A DNA stretch of 64,000 nt from assembly GCA_965644315.1 (NCBI GenBank), contig CBFFRQ010000079.1:62001-126000 (forward strand). The letters run 5' to 3'. Each line of letters opens with the position of its first letter. Positions within the stretch are counted from its first letter, which is position 1. The stretch comes from Caecitellus pseudoparvulus. Taxonomy: Eukaryota > Protista > Bigyra: Bicosoecida. This document shows, piece after piece, positions 33,568 through 44,728 of the stretch. The notes under the pieces are model-generated. The model was not told the DNA's origin and made no database searches. It saw only the letters and a list, made by a program, of their open reading frames with translations. The position numbers and the translations under genes were made by a program.

Positions 33568-35139
33568 CTAAAAGGCGGGATGGTGAAGCAGGAATGCTCG
33601 GCACCGCTCGTAGACAGCGTAGGAGATGGACATGGCAGGCAGCGCCTTGAGCATGTTGGGAAGCAGGCCCTTGTACAGGCCCATGATGCCCTCCCCGGCA
33701 ACCGTCTGCTTAAAGCAGTCAAGTGCCCCCTTGTACACCACCGCCCGCTCCTTCATGCCCTGAGCCTGCAACCGGGTGCGAATGAGCTGCAGTGGGTACG
33801 ACACCACTTGCCCGATGGTCGTGCTGACTGCCCCAATGCCCAGCGTGGCCATGGTGGAGAGGTGCTCCCCCGGGTACGCCCGGTGGTACCAGTCCCGCAG
33901 CACGGAGTACACCGTCAAGTCCACCGCACAGTAGGGGATGATGCCGGCGAGGGAGGGGCCCAGGCCCCGGTACAGGGACGCCCAGCCCTCGTAGTTGATG
34001 GTGGACATGGCGCAGTGCACCATGCCGCGGTACTGCGAGGAGCAGGACACCGCCACACGAGTCTTGATGGTCTCCAGCGGGTAGATGACCAGCTGGGCCG
34101 TCACGCCAGCTGAGGCGCCTGCCAGGGCCCGATGCAGCACGGGCACGTGGGCCTTGTCCAGGCGCTGCCCGCCGCCCAGCATGGTCAGCAGCGTCTCGAA
34201 AGTGTAGAAGCGCACAGCCAGCTCCGGCGCCGCCTTCAGCACGTTCACGCCATTGCCTCGCCAGAACCCCCGCAGCCCACCCTGCTCGAAGATGTACCGG
34301 GAGGCTGCGCCCAGGCTGTTGTATCGGTGCCCGACAGTGGCGTCTGAAGCCTGCAGCATGACCTTCAGGCGGTCCAGCGGCGCTGTCGTGGTGCGGGAGA
34401 CGGCACCCGCCACTGCGCCAGCCAGCAGCGTGTGCAGGGGTGGCGCAGGGCCATCCGTGACACGATCCGACTCCTCAGCGGCCATGCCGTAGTCCTCGCT
34501 CTCCATGGCGTACAGTTCCTCTGCCTCTGCATCCTCCATGAGCAGGGAGGAGGCCAGCAGTGCCCCACCCCGGCCACCATGCACTGCGGACATAGATTCC
34601 GCAAGGCCCACCTGGGCTTGCGAGGCGGGCGGCATGGGGCGCACGCCCGCCGTTCGCAGCGCCCGAGCCGCCCACTCCTGCACATCTTCGGAGTTGGAGC
34701 AGGCGTCCTGCCTCGCAGCTGCAAAGGCGTCCGCCAAGCCAGCTGCCGTTGCAGCCTGCACGCTGCACCCCGCAAGGCCTGGCGCGGCAACGCAACTGCC
34801 AGAGCGCTCCTCGGGAGCCTCCTCATCAGCATCCACAGGAACTGCACTCTGGGGGGCGAGACAGGGGGTCTGTGCGGCTCGCCGCTGGGCACTTTCAGCG
34901 TGCGCCGCAGCAGCCGTGGCTTGCAGCATCGCAGCTGTTCCATTCTCCGCGGCGCCGCGGCGACTGCTCCCATTCCAGCAGCGCTGTCGACTCACCCTGT
35001 GCTCAGCTGCGGCAATGAGCTGCGGAAGGGTGGGCAGCTCTCCAAAGTCGCCCTCTTGGGCAGCTGCTGGGGCTGCCCACATGAGCTGTGGCGGCGTGGG
35101 CTGTGCCTGCAGGTCGCTCTGCTCTGGCTCGGATGCCAT
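33568..35139 (-). CDS. Mitochondrial carrier, ATP-Mg/Pi (SCaMC, SLC25A23/24/25-like) type, with no visible EF hands
   Basis: AGAVAGAVSRTTTAPLDRLKVMLQ, GFWRGNGVNVLKAAPE, IYPLETIKTR, SYPLQLIRTRLQAQG, GLYKGLLPNMLK. Confidence 0.92.
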   Translation of the reverse strand: MASEPEQSDLQAQPTPPQLMWAAPAAAQEGDFGELPTLPQLIAAAEHRVSRQRCWNGSSRRGAAENGTAAMLQATAAAAHAESAQRRAAQTPCLAPQSAVPVDADEEAPEERSGSCVAAPGLAGCSVQAATAAGLADAFAAARQDACSNSEDVQEWAARALRTAGVRPMPPASQAQVGLAESMSAVHGGRGGALLASSLLMEDAEAEELYAMESEDYGMAAEESDRVTDGPAPPLHTLLAGAVAGAVSRTTTAPLDRLKVMLQASDATVGHRYNSLGAASRYIFEQGGLRGFWRGNGVNVLKAAPELAVRFYTFETLLTMLGGGQRLDKAHVPVLHRALAGASAGVTAQLVIYPLETIKTRVAVSCSSQYRGMVHCAMSTINYEGWASLYRGLGPSLAGIIPYCAVDLTVYSVLRDWYHRAYPGEHLSTMATLGIGAVSTTIGQVVSYPLQLIRTRLQAQGMKERAVVYKGALDCFKQTVAGEGIMGLYKGLLPNMLKALPAMSISYAVYERCRAFLLHHPAF

Positions 35140-35276
35140 GGCGCAGGTGGCAGTGACACCAGCGCACCGCTGCTGCGGTTCACTGCGATTGCAGACAGAC
35201 GGCGGCAGCACCTGCGCATGTGAAACATGACATTTTGCATTGTGAGTGCCGGCTGCACACGGGGGCCTCCAGGTGC

Positions 35277-38200
35277 TCACGCAAGCCCCACCACATCTGC
35301 CAAGCACACTGCCTCCTGCGGTGCGTCTGGCAAGGCATCCGCCTCGTCGACTTCAGGCGCCTGCCACAGCCTCGCACTGTCCCCTCGCAGCACCATGCCC
35401 ATGGTGGACCCACTGCGCCTGCCGCCACTGGGCGGGGCGGGCACAGGCCGACTCGGTGGTGCGCCAATGCCCCCCACCACGAACTGGCCCTTGCCCGGCA
35501 CCACGAACCAGCCTCCGGACGGGGCGGCCTCCGGCACCCCAGCCTTGGCCAGCAGGGCAGCGTTGGGGTCTTCTTGCCGCCTGGCCTCCCTGGCTGTGTG
35601 TGGCGTGACCATGAACGGCACCTCCCCCAGGTCCGCCTCACCCGGCAGCGAAGCGCCTGAGCCCAGGGAGAAGGCGGGTGCTGCAAAGATGCTGTCCACC
35701 TGCACCCGGGCCTCGGCAGCAGACGCGTGCAGGGCCTCCCGCGTGCTGTACGTCCGGCTGCGCAGGGGGATGGACTCCCCCCCCACGGCTCCCTTGAGCA
35801 GGGCGGCCATGCGATGGGCAGCGACGTACGCTTCTTGAGCCGACTGCGCACTGGATGCTTCGGGGGGCAGGGCCGCCTTGCGCTGGGGGCGGCGCTGGGC
35901 CCTGGGGGCGCGTTGCACTTGCACTGCGCAGTCCACCAGTTGCTGCAGTCGGGCTGTGGGGTCAGCTGCCGCGCCAGTTGAGGCCGCGCCGTCCCACGAC
36001 ACCCAGCCGCCTTCCAAGCGCTCAGTCAACTCTGCCAGAGCCTCGTTGCCACGGCACCACAGCGGCACGCCGTGTTGCTCCCACGAACTGCCGCAGGCGT
36101 CCGCCAGACGACGCTGCAGGCGCGCCTGCTCCGCCCCCAGCAGCTGGCACAGGCGCTCCCGGACAGGCAGGGACAGGCGCGCCTCGTCCACAGCGTGCAC
36201 TGGCGCGGAGGGGGCGGTGTCACGCGGCAGCACGCCGCTCTCGAGCAGGGTGTGCAGCATGGGCTCCAAAGCTGGCTGGGTGGCCGTGCTGGAGATGGGC
36301 CCACTGCCCGCCCCCAACATGACGCACCGGGCCTTCACGCCGGTCATGGCAGCACACACTAGGGGAGCGAGCTGCACGCAAAGCTGGCGCTGGCTGCTGC
36401 TCAGCTGGGCGTTGTGCAGCACACCCACCAAGGCAGGGTGCAGCATGCGCGTGATCTGGTGGCTCATGCCAGCGGTGGGCAGGCATGCCGCCGCGTCCTG
36501 CGCAGGCAGGATGTACGGCACTGTGGCGGGTCGGCTGGAGCCGTCGCTGCCCCTGCGTGGGGAGGGAGATGCGTCCCCTACCCCCCGCATGCGCCGGCCC
36601 AGCTGGTCCAGGAACACGTCGGCACAGTGCAGGCTGTGCAGCAGGTACGCCACAGCTGGGGCGGCAGATGGCAGGCGGGCGATGGAGCCCACTGCACTGA
36701 GGGCCAGCACTGTGAGCATGACAGGTGGCACCTGTGAGGGGGGCATGGGGGATGCCAGCATGACCCGCAGCGCAGCATCCCGGGAGTGTCCATGGCGGGT
36801 TTCAGCGCCTGCCTTGGAAGGCGGCTCGGTGGAGGCGTCCCCTTGCCCGCCATCGTCGGGTGCACCGCGCCCCTGCGTCCCCGGCGTGAGCAGGCGCTGC
36901 AGGTGCTGCAGGCTGGGCAGCACGTCGCCGTCGCTCTCAGAGTCGTCCCCTTCCACCGACACCTCATCCGCCAGCCCCCCCACAACGTCATCGTCCTTGG
37001 CAGCAGCGGGCTCTGGCTGTGTGTCTTCGGGTGTCGGATGGGGGTCACCGCGCGCCGTGCAAGGGACTGAAGGTGTGTCAGCTGGGCGGGGAGAGCTTTG
37101 CGCCACCGCTGCCGGACTGCCCTGCAGCGTAGGGGGTGCTTTGTCAAGCGAAGCCATGGAGCTGGCGCCTTGGTCCGGAGCCGAGGCGCCGCCTGGCTCG
37201 GCAAGCGGGGAGGGGGGCATGGGCCCCGCCGCGTGTGGCGCCGTGGAGGCCCAGCTGTCCCCACCCCCTCCTCGTCCGCTACCGCCGCGGGCACTTGACG
37301 TCAGAGGCAGTGTGGTGCCGGAATCCTGCACAGCAGACCAGCCCCCCATGCCGCTCTCGCTCCGCTCCGCAGGCACCCTTGCGGCGCCGTCCGTGGCAGG
37401 CGAGGGGGCGGTGCGCTGCTGCTTGCCTGCTGCACCGGGGCTTCGCTTCCGAGGCGGCTGCCCTGTGCCGGCACTCATGACTGGCGTATGCGTCCCATGG
37501 TGTGCTAGGGCCGCAGGTGGTGCACCAGGCGCGCACACAGCAGACACGGCCTCCCACACGTGCACGGGCAGAGGCAGCGTGCCAGCGTCCAAGGACAGGT
37601 CCTCGGGGAGCTCCCGCAGCAGACGGATGGCGGCGTCGTGGGCTTGGCCGGGCGTGGGTGGCGGCGATGGGCCTGCATCCGTGGGTGCACCGTGGGTCAC
37701 TGCAAAGAGGCCCGCCCGCAAGCGGCGCTTCAGGCGGCCGATGGCCGTCATCAGCAAGCCTAGCGAGGCCTTGCTCTCACTGGGCCCTCCGCCTGCCTGG
37801 CTACCTGCTTCGGTAGCATCTGTCGCCACCGTGTCTCCGTGTGCACTGGGCAAGGGCACAATGCGCAAGCCAGTAGCGGTCGTAGTACCACCCTGCGCTC
37901 CACCCGTGCCGAGCAGGCTTCGTGAGGAAGCCGTCGCTGTCGGGCGTCCAGTTGCCAGGGGGGACCGCAGCAGACCCGACAGGCCGCCTGCCACGTCCAT
38001 CTGGGCCTGTGGGCGCAGTCGTGGCCTGCTATCGGCCCCATGCCTCCGCTGCCGCCGAACGCGCTGCCGTAGCGGGGCGGGGTGTCGGGGTGCGTGCGGG
38101 AGGTGTGGCTGCCCCCGCTCCACCCCCGTGCCATCCAGGCTAAAGGGCACTGATGACAGGGTGCTGGGCCCCCCCCCGCCATACGTACTGCCAGATGGCC

Positions 38201-40922
38201 CCGGGTGCGTCACAGACAGGGGCGCCAGTCGAGCTGAGCGCATGGTGACAGGGGCGTAGGCAGAGGAGCGCCACTGCGACCGGGTGGGCGCCAGGGCAGA
38301 GGCAATGGCCTTGCTGCCGCCCAGCCGCGTGAGGAGGGGCAGGTTGGGGGCCGCAGACGTCAGCTGCAAGTGCATGTGGGAAGCGCGCCCCTCTGAGCCA
38401 AGGCTGCTGCCGCTCAGGTACGGGCTGCGGCTGTTGGGGTGGTGCATGCCCTCTGCCAGCGTGACGGTTGCACGGGCACTTTCCCCTGCCCGCCGAGAAG
38501 GAGAGGGTGGGCCCACTCGTGTGGGGGGGCGCACCGCAGGAGCCAGGTCCACTGCCGCATCCTCTACCTCTGCCGTGTTGTGCCGGCTGGCTTGAGAGAC
38601 AGTGGCGGCAGGCTGGGTGGAGTGGAGGCGGGCCTGGCCGCCTTGGCGCCGGTGCTGCAAGACGAGGGTGTGGGCTCCCGTCGGCAGCGCCGGTAGTGTG
38701 TACGGGAAGGCAGCCAGCAGCGGCTGCAAGCCACCCTCCGGCAGGCGCCCGGGCTTGGTCTTCGTGAAGCGCGTGAGGGCGACGACGAGAGGGGACGGAG
38801 ACGCTGTCAAGTCCCCCGCAGCCTGGCCCGGGGCGGGCGCGCTGTCTCGCAGCAGCGGCGCCCACACTGCGTCTTGCTGCTGCAGCAAGGCCTCCAGCTG
38901 CTCCGGTGCCAGGCGCGCCTCGTCAATGCCGGGCGGCAGCTGGCCGTGATACTTGCGCACCAGCTCCACAGCCGCGTTGCGTGTGGCTTCGTCCGGGGGG
39001 ACGGGAATGGGCGCCAGGCGGTGCCAGCCGCCCTCCAGGGCCATGAGCTCCACCAGTGTGTTGCGCCACGGCAGGGCCTCCAGGGGCAGCGCTGCATCCG
39101 GCGCTGTCAGGGGGGTGTGTGCCTGCAGACTGCCTCCCCCCTGCAAACCCGGTGCCCCTCCGCCTTGAGCCGCCCTCCCCTCTGCCGCCTCTGCCATGAG
39201 GAGCAAGCTCTGCTCCTTCTCTGCCGAGTTCAGGGCCCAGCCTCGCAGGCACTGGTACAGTCCTGCGAGTGCTGCAGGCTGCAGCTGGGCCAGGGAGGCC
39301 AGAGCCCGTGCCAGCTCGCCGGAAGGTTCCCTGGGCCTGGATCCACTGGCGGCCACTTTGCTGGCACTGGTGGGTGCAGACGTGAGGCACAGTGCGCCGG
39401 AGGCGGCGGCCTCGGCCGCGTGGGCCTTGGTGGGCATGGCAGGCGGCGCACCAGCACCGTACAGGCCCTTGGACGGCGGCAGGGGCGCAGGTGAGCAGCT
39501 GGCCTGTTCCTGCCTCGCCCCAGCCCTGCCGCCAGAGTCTGCCACGTGCAGGGTGGACAGCAGTGCGTGCGTGAGCAGGTCACGAGGCAGGCCCGCCAAC
39601 ACGCCGGCAACCGTGAGGGCCAGGCAGGACACAAGGTCGGCTGTGGGCAAGGTGAGCAAGGCCGCCACATGGTACAGTGGCATGCGTGTGGCCAGGTCCA
39701 GAGCGTGAGGCGGGATGGCGGCAGCACCCCGATTGCCCAGGCGAGTGCTGTGCGGCAGCACCTCCCTGAGGTGACTTGCCACCACGGAGGCGTGCTCGGC
39801 ATACGCTCGAGCCGTGTGTCGCAGGCGCCACTGGTCTTGCAGGGTCCCGCCTGTGGGCTGGGAAGACAGCAGGCGCAGCCACATGGCCGCGCGGGAGCGC
39901 TTGACAGGGTCGGGAGGGGGTCGCAGGGGGGGCACGAAGCTCAAGGCGGCCTCGCTGGCACTGTTGCTGAGGCTGCCGACGCCGTGGGTGGGACCCACTT
40001 CGTCGCTGGTCGCATCCTTAGCCCCTGCTGCCGCCAGCAGCAGCATGCGCTTCTCCCGCAGGTTGGCTAGCAGGCGCTCGAAGGACTCGCCCTCAGCGTC
40101 GCCGCCGCCCTCAGCAGCGGACGCGGCAGCGTAGGCGGGCAGGAGGATGTGGGGAATGGGGGAATCCAGCACGCCTGCCGCGACCAGGGCTGCATAGCGC
40201 CAGGCGGCGTCCTGCTCAGCGTCGCTCACGTACACGCCATCCAGCGCGAAGACGTCGCCCAGCAACAGGATGGCGTGGTAACGGTACAGCTGCCACACTG
40301 CCCGGGCGACTCGTGGAAGGGTGTACTGCGAGGAGGCCGCCCGGCCTGCCAGCTCCAACAGCGCCTCAGTGCCAGCCTCAGCTTCCGTGCCCTGCGGAGG
40401 GGCAGGCGTGTCCTGGTCAGCCTGCGCCAGCTCAGCCCCCTGCAGCGCTGCGAGGAAAGGCGCCAGCAGCTGGGCATTTCCAGCCAGCAACTCAAGTCCA
40501 ACCACTGTCATGTGGCGCGTCGCGTCGTAAAGCGCTTCCCACGTCACGGCTGTGCTGCGCAGGTCCAGGAACCCCAGGCATCGGTGCCGCCGCAGTGCGA
40601 CCAGGCTCGAAACGCCTGTGCACTGCAGGTCTAAGTGCCAGAGCTTGCGGCACAGCCGGATGTCTGGTGACAGCGCACGCAGCTCCCTGTTGTGCGACAG
40701 CAGAACTGTCGTCGCTTCCAAGCATGCTCCCACTCCCTGTGTGCAGCGCAGACCACTATCCCGCAGGTCCACAACTGTTGCTGCCTCTGGCGCTCCCCCA
40801 CACACCCTCTGCAGGCGGTCATGGGACAGCACATCCAGGTGGTGGGCAGGACGACTCCCTGGACTGGGCAGCAGGGACGTCGATGACGCCAGCAGCTGGC
40901 TCAGGTGTGGCGGCCGCTGCAT
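35277..40922 (-). CDS. Large (~1880 aa) protein with N-terminal leucine-rich repeats
   Basis: Single long ORF; LRR-like VDLRDSGL, VLLSHN, HLDLQCT, FLDLRST, and LRR-cap-like YRYHAILLL..VFALDG. Confidence 0.75.
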   Translation of the reverse strand: MQRPPHLSQLLASSTSLLPSPGSRPAHHLDVLSHDRLQRVCGGAPEAATVVDLRDSGLRCTQGVGACLEATTVLLSHNRELRALSPDIRLCRKLWHLDLQCTGVSSLVALRRHRCLGFLDLRSTAVTWEALYDATRHMTVVGLELLAGNAQLLAPFLAALQGAELAQADQDTPAPPQGTEAEAGTEALLELAGRAASSQYTLPRVARAVWQLYRYHAILLLGDVFALDGVYVSDAEQDAAWRYAALVAAGVLDSPIPHILLPAYAAASAAEGGGDAEGESFERLLANLREKRMLLLAAAGAKDATSDEVGPTHGVGSLSNSASEAALSFVPPLRPPPDPVKRSRAAMWLRLLSSQPTGGTLQDQWRLRHTARAYAEHASVVASHLREVLPHSTRLGNRGAAAIPPHALDLATRMPLYHVAALLTLPTADLVSCLALTVAGVLAGLPRDLLTHALLSTLHVADSGGRAGARQEQASCSPAPLPPSKGLYGAGAPPAMPTKAHAAEAAASGALCLTSAPTSASKVAASGSRPREPSGELARALASLAQLQPAALAGLYQCLRGWALNSAEKEQSLLLMAEAAEGRAAQGGGAPGLQGGGSLQAHTPLTAPDAALPLEALPWRNTLVELMALEGGWHRLAPIPVPPDEATRNAAVELVRKYHGQLPPGIDEARLAPEQLEALLQQQDAVWAPLLRDSAPAPGQAAGDLTASPSPLVVALTRFTKTKPGRLPEGGLQPLLAAFPYTLPALPTGAHTLVLQHRRQGGQARLHSTQPAATVSQASRHNTAEVEDAAVDLAPAVRPPTRVGPPSPSRRAGESARATVTLAEGMHHPNSRSPYLSGSSLGSEGRASHMHLQLTSAAPNLPLLTRLGGSKAIASALAPTRSQWRSSAYAPVTMRSARLAPLSVTHPGPSGSTYGGGGPSTLSSVPFSLDGTGVERGQPHLPHAPRHPAPLRQRVRRQRRHGADSRPRLRPQAQMDVAGGLSGLLRSPLATGRPTATASSRSLLGTGGAQGGTTTATGLRIVPLPSAHGDTVATDATEAGSQAGGGPSESKASLGLLMTAIGRLKRRLRAGLFAVTHGAPTDAGPSPPPTPGQAHDAAIRLLRELPEDLSLDAGTLPLPVHVWEAVSAVCAPGAPPAALAHHGTHTPVMSAGTGQPPRKRSPGAAGKQQRTAPSPATDGAARVPAERSESGMGGWSAVQDSGTTLPLTSSARGGSGRGGGGDSWASTAPHAAGPMPPSPLAEPGGASAPDQGASSMASLDKAPPTLQGSPAAVAQSSPRPADTPSVPCTARGDPHPTPEDTQPEPAAAKDDDVVGGLADEVSVEGDDSESDGDVLPSLQHLQRLLTPGTQGRGAPDDGGQGDASTEPPSKAGAETRHGHSRDAALRVMLASPMPPSQVPPVMLTVLALSAVGSIARLPSAAPAVAYLLHSLHCADVFLDQLGRRMRGVGDASPSPRRGSDGSSRPATVPYILPAQDAAACLPTAGMSHQITRMLHPALVGVLHNAQLSSSQRQLCVQLAPLVCAAMTGVKARCVMLGAGSGPISSTATQPALEPMLHTLLESGVLPRDTAPSAPVHAVDEARLSLPVRERLCQLLGAEQARLQRRLADACGSSWEQHGVPLWCRGNEALAELTERLEGGWVSWDGAASTGAAADPTARLQQLVDCAVQVQRAPRAQRRPQRKAALPPEASSAQSAQEAYVAAHRMAALLKGAVGGESIPLRSRTYSTREALHASAAEARVQVDSIFAAPAFSLGSGASLPGEADLGEVPFMVTPHTAREARRQEDPNAALLAKAGVPEAAPSGGWFVVPGKGQFVVGGIGAPPSRPVPAPPSGGRRSGSTMGMVLRGDSARLWQAPEVDEADALPDAPQEAVCLADVVGLA

Positions 40923-41277
40923 GGGGGGTGGAGAGATGGGCGCCACACTGCGCAGCGACAGCGTCTCGACCCGGGCTGGTGGGTGGCGGTCCTGTGCCTG
41001 TAGCTTGTGAGAGATGCGGGCGCTCTGCGATGGGTGCACAAGGGTGGACGGGGGCGCGTGAACCCCCTCGCAGCCCCCCTGCGACGAGGGACCGGCCGCA
41101 CTTGGCGTGGGCGACTTGCACCTGTGCGCTGCAGGGCAGGAGCTGGGGTAAATCCCACGCCCCTCGACCAGGATGGATGCAGGAAGGCCAGCATTGCCTG
41201 CCAACAGCATCTAGCTCCGCGTGCAGGGCTGGCTGTGGGTTGCGTGGAGGCCGGGCAGTCGAAAGCGCGTGCCCGCC

Positions 41278-44200
41278 ATGGCAGCACGTGCGAAGCGAGC
41301 GGTTGCCAAGAAGCGCGATGGCATGGCGGCGGGCAAGAACAACATCCTTGTGGCTGTGCGATGTCGTCCCAGGCTTCCGAAGGAAGGGTGCGTGAAGGCT
41401 GTGTGGTGCTTGTGAGCCAGAGACTCCGTGGGACTGGCCAGGGCTCGTGCGGCGCGGTGAGGCAGGCCTGCGGAAATTGCCAGCCGTGCAACGCTCACCA
41501 AGCTCTGCCGCATGGCTTGCACCGTACACTGCCTGTGAGGCGCAGAGGGATGAAGGAGGTCGTTCAAGTGGTGGATGGCAGTGTCGTGTCAGTGCTGGAC
41601 CCGTCTCAGCAGTCGGAGGACTTTCTGGTCCGTAAACGGGCCCGTGACCGGCAATATGCCTTCGACTTCGCGTTTGGCCCCACTGTGGCCCAGCGCACGG
41701 TGTACGAGTCCACGACAAAGTTTTTGATTGACGGCGTCATTGAGGGCTTCAACGCGACGGTGTTTGCGTATGGCGCGACGGGGAGCGGGAAGACGTACAC
41801 CATGCTGGGCACAGACGACTCGCCTGGTATTTATGTGAACGCTCTGCAGCACCTGTACTCCCGCCTGGAAGCACGCAAGGCAGAGCACGGCACGAATTTT
41901 GAGGTGGTCTTGAGCTACGTGGAGATCTACAACGAGCACATCCGGGACCTCATCTCATACACCGGCGACACGCTGGACTTGCGGGAGGACCCCATCAAGG
42001 GGCCGGTGGTGGCAGACGTCACACAGCTGCGCGTGACGTCCACCGACCACGTCATGGAGCTGCTGGCACAAGGCAACGCCAACCGCACCCAGGAGAGCAC
42101 TGCCGCGAACGCCGAGTCCAGTCGCTCCCACGCGGTGTTGCAGATTCTCGTGACGCAGAAAGCCCGCGGCGCCGAGACGAAACGCATGGGGAAGCTGAGC
42201 ATGATCGACCTCGCTGGCTCGGAGCGCGCCAGCAAGACCAAAAACTCCGGCGTGCGCCTGCAGGAGGGAGCAAACATCAACAGGTCCTTGCTGGCGCTGG
42301 GGAATTGCATCAACGCCCTGGGCACGGCGGGCCGGGGCAGTTTCGTGCCATACCGGGACTCCAAGCTGACACGCCTGCTGAAAGACAGCCTGGGGGGCAA
42401 CTGCCGCACAGTTATGATTGCCAATGTGGGCCCCACCGCCGGGGCGTTCGAGGAGACGGTGAACACGCTCAAGTACGCGTCGCGCGCCTCCCGCATCAAG
42501 ACGCACGTGCGCCGCAACGTCGTGAACGTGAACTACCACATCGCGGAGTACGAGGAGCTCATCACCTCCTTGCGCACGGAGATCGAGAGCTTGAAGGGCA
42601 AGCTGGGCCGCATGCCGCCCCGGTCCCCCACCGCCGGCTCAGATCGGCACTCCCTCCTGGCTACGCCAGCCTCGCGCTCAGGCCTCAGCCGGCGCTCCCT
42701 GGAAAGCCCTGGCACCACAGAAGCTCTGGCACAGCTGCGCCAGAGTCTCGTGGACAACTTCCAAGAGCGCATGCAACTGCAGCGGTCCCTGGTGGAGCTG
42801 CAAGCCACCAACTCCCAGAACAACCTGGAAATCGCACGGCGGCAAGTGGACATCGCGAGGTGGGAGCACCTGCAAAAGGACTCCGCGGGGGGTGGTCGCC
42901 CGCTGGATGCCACGGGCCGCCCCGTGTCGGAGGCTCTGGTCCTGCGCACGAGGCAGCAAGCCCAGCGGGCGCGGCAGCAGGTGGGTGAGCTGCAGTCCGC
43001 CATCGCCCACAACACCAAGCTGCGTTCCGAGCTGCTGGGCCGCCTGGCTGAGAACAAGAAGCAGTCTGGGGAACTGCAGACGCAGCTGGAGCGGCGTGCC
43101 ACCAGTGACGAGCGGCGTGAGTTGCTGGCGCTGCAGTACCGCGTCGGCGTGCTGGAGCTGGAAAACATGGAGCTGGAGCATTCGAGGCTGCTGACGAACC
43201 ACGCGTTGCAGGCGCAGCGGGAACGTATTCGGCAGATGCGCCTGCGCCTCAAGGCTCGAGACCGGGTCATTCAGGGACTGGTGGACATCCTGGAGGAGCA
43301 GGGGCTGGGGGAGCTGGTGGACCTGTCCCCCATCCAGGCGGTGGACGCGGAGCTGCCGGGGGATGAGGAGAGCGATGAAGAGGAGGAGGAGGAGGGGGCT
43401 GGGCTGTGGGGGGACGATGACGACGACGACGACGACGAACGTGTGGCGCCCATCGCCAAGGCCATCCCCAGGCGCGTGAGCAACATCCAGGGCCGCCCTG
43501 GTGGCTCCCAGCCCTCCGCGCCCTTCTCCCCGCCCCTGCACCTGCCCAGCATGCCCATCATTCACCTGGGTGACGTGGCCATCTCAGCAGATGGCTCGCA
43601 TCCCAAGGCTGGCGCCGCCGCCGCCGGCGGCAAGGTGCGAGCCCCACCCCCCGCAGCAGCTGCTGGCGCGGGTGGGCAGCGGTCTGCGAGTGGAGGGGGG
43701 GTACGCCTCCCCCCCGCCTCGGGCCGCTCCACGCGCTCCTCCCTGGACGACGCCTCGGCGCGTCCCTCCATTGAGGACAGCTTCGCATCGGCAGGTCCGC
43801 GATGGGCCAAGCCGCGCAAGGCTTGGGATGAGGGTGATGCCGATGCGACCAGCCCCACTGGGCGGCAGCATGGTCACCAGGCAGGCGCCATGGGGGGCGC
43901 TCGGGTGGTGGCCAAGCCTGCATCCCGGCGGGCCGCCCCCCCCTCCACCAGGCGTGAAAGTGGCCCTCATGATGGCGGAGATGACTCCGAGGACCCCGAG
44001 AGTGCCCAAGTGTCACCCTTGGGGGCTGCAGGGCGGGCTGTGCTGGGGCCGGTGCTGGGGCGCCGCCCTCAGCATGCCGGCAGCGCCCGGGCCAAGCACG
44101 AAGCAGAGCGGCGGCGGGTGCGGGAGCGCCTGCGAGCACGGCATGCACAGGGCACCAGCGCAGACAGCTCTCCACACCAGCTGCTGGATGCTGGCATCAC

Positions 44201-44702
44201 GGAGGAGTCGCTGTCACCTGGCCAGGGAGAGAAGCTCGCTGGGCGTGAGACGCCGCCAGACCCGCCTTCGGGCCGGGTGCGAGGTATGCGGCCCCCCTCC
44301 CCCATCACCTCCCCTTCCAAAGCGGCCGGTTCTCCGCCGCAGGGCGCGGCAAGTGGCCTCTCAGCAGAGGCCCGCCGACCTCGCCACGGGCGGCGGGCAG
44401 CCCCAGGAGGGCTGCCCAGCAAGGGCATGTTCAGCAAGCCAGCACTGGGTACCCGGGACCGGGGTGGGGGTGCCCCTGCCAGCCTGGCGTCAGCTGCCTC
44501 TGTGTACGGGGCTGCACCGTATCGCGTTCGGCAAGCAGGCGCGTCGGACCCATCTGCACGCCGCAAGAGCTCAGGCAAGCCCTCCTCGTCTTCTGGCCCC
44601 GCCACGTCCCTCTCCAGCCAGTTCCATGCTCGCAAGTACAAGGAGCAACAAGCGCGCCTGCGAGCCCGCCGTTTGGGAGCGCAGCCCGGCCCTCGGCGTT
44701 GA
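41278..44702 (+). CDS. Kinesin-8 family motor (KIF19/KIF18-like)
   Basis: NILVAVRCRP, FAYGATGSGKTYTM, NAESSRSHAV, LSMIDLAGSER, EGANINRSLLALGNCINAL, VPYRDSKLTRLLKDSLGGNC; coiled coil and low-complexity tail. Confidence 0.95.
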
Positions 44703-44728
44703 AGCGCACTGCATTGCGCACCCCACCT

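Noticed and set aside
35878-38259. 793-aa plus-strand ORF, and similar long antisense ORFs (26736-28445, 31928-33445, 58933-60459, 9318-10790)
   Set aside because: Antisense shadows of real genes in high-GC DNA; Ser/Arg/Ala/Cys-rich with no domain motifs
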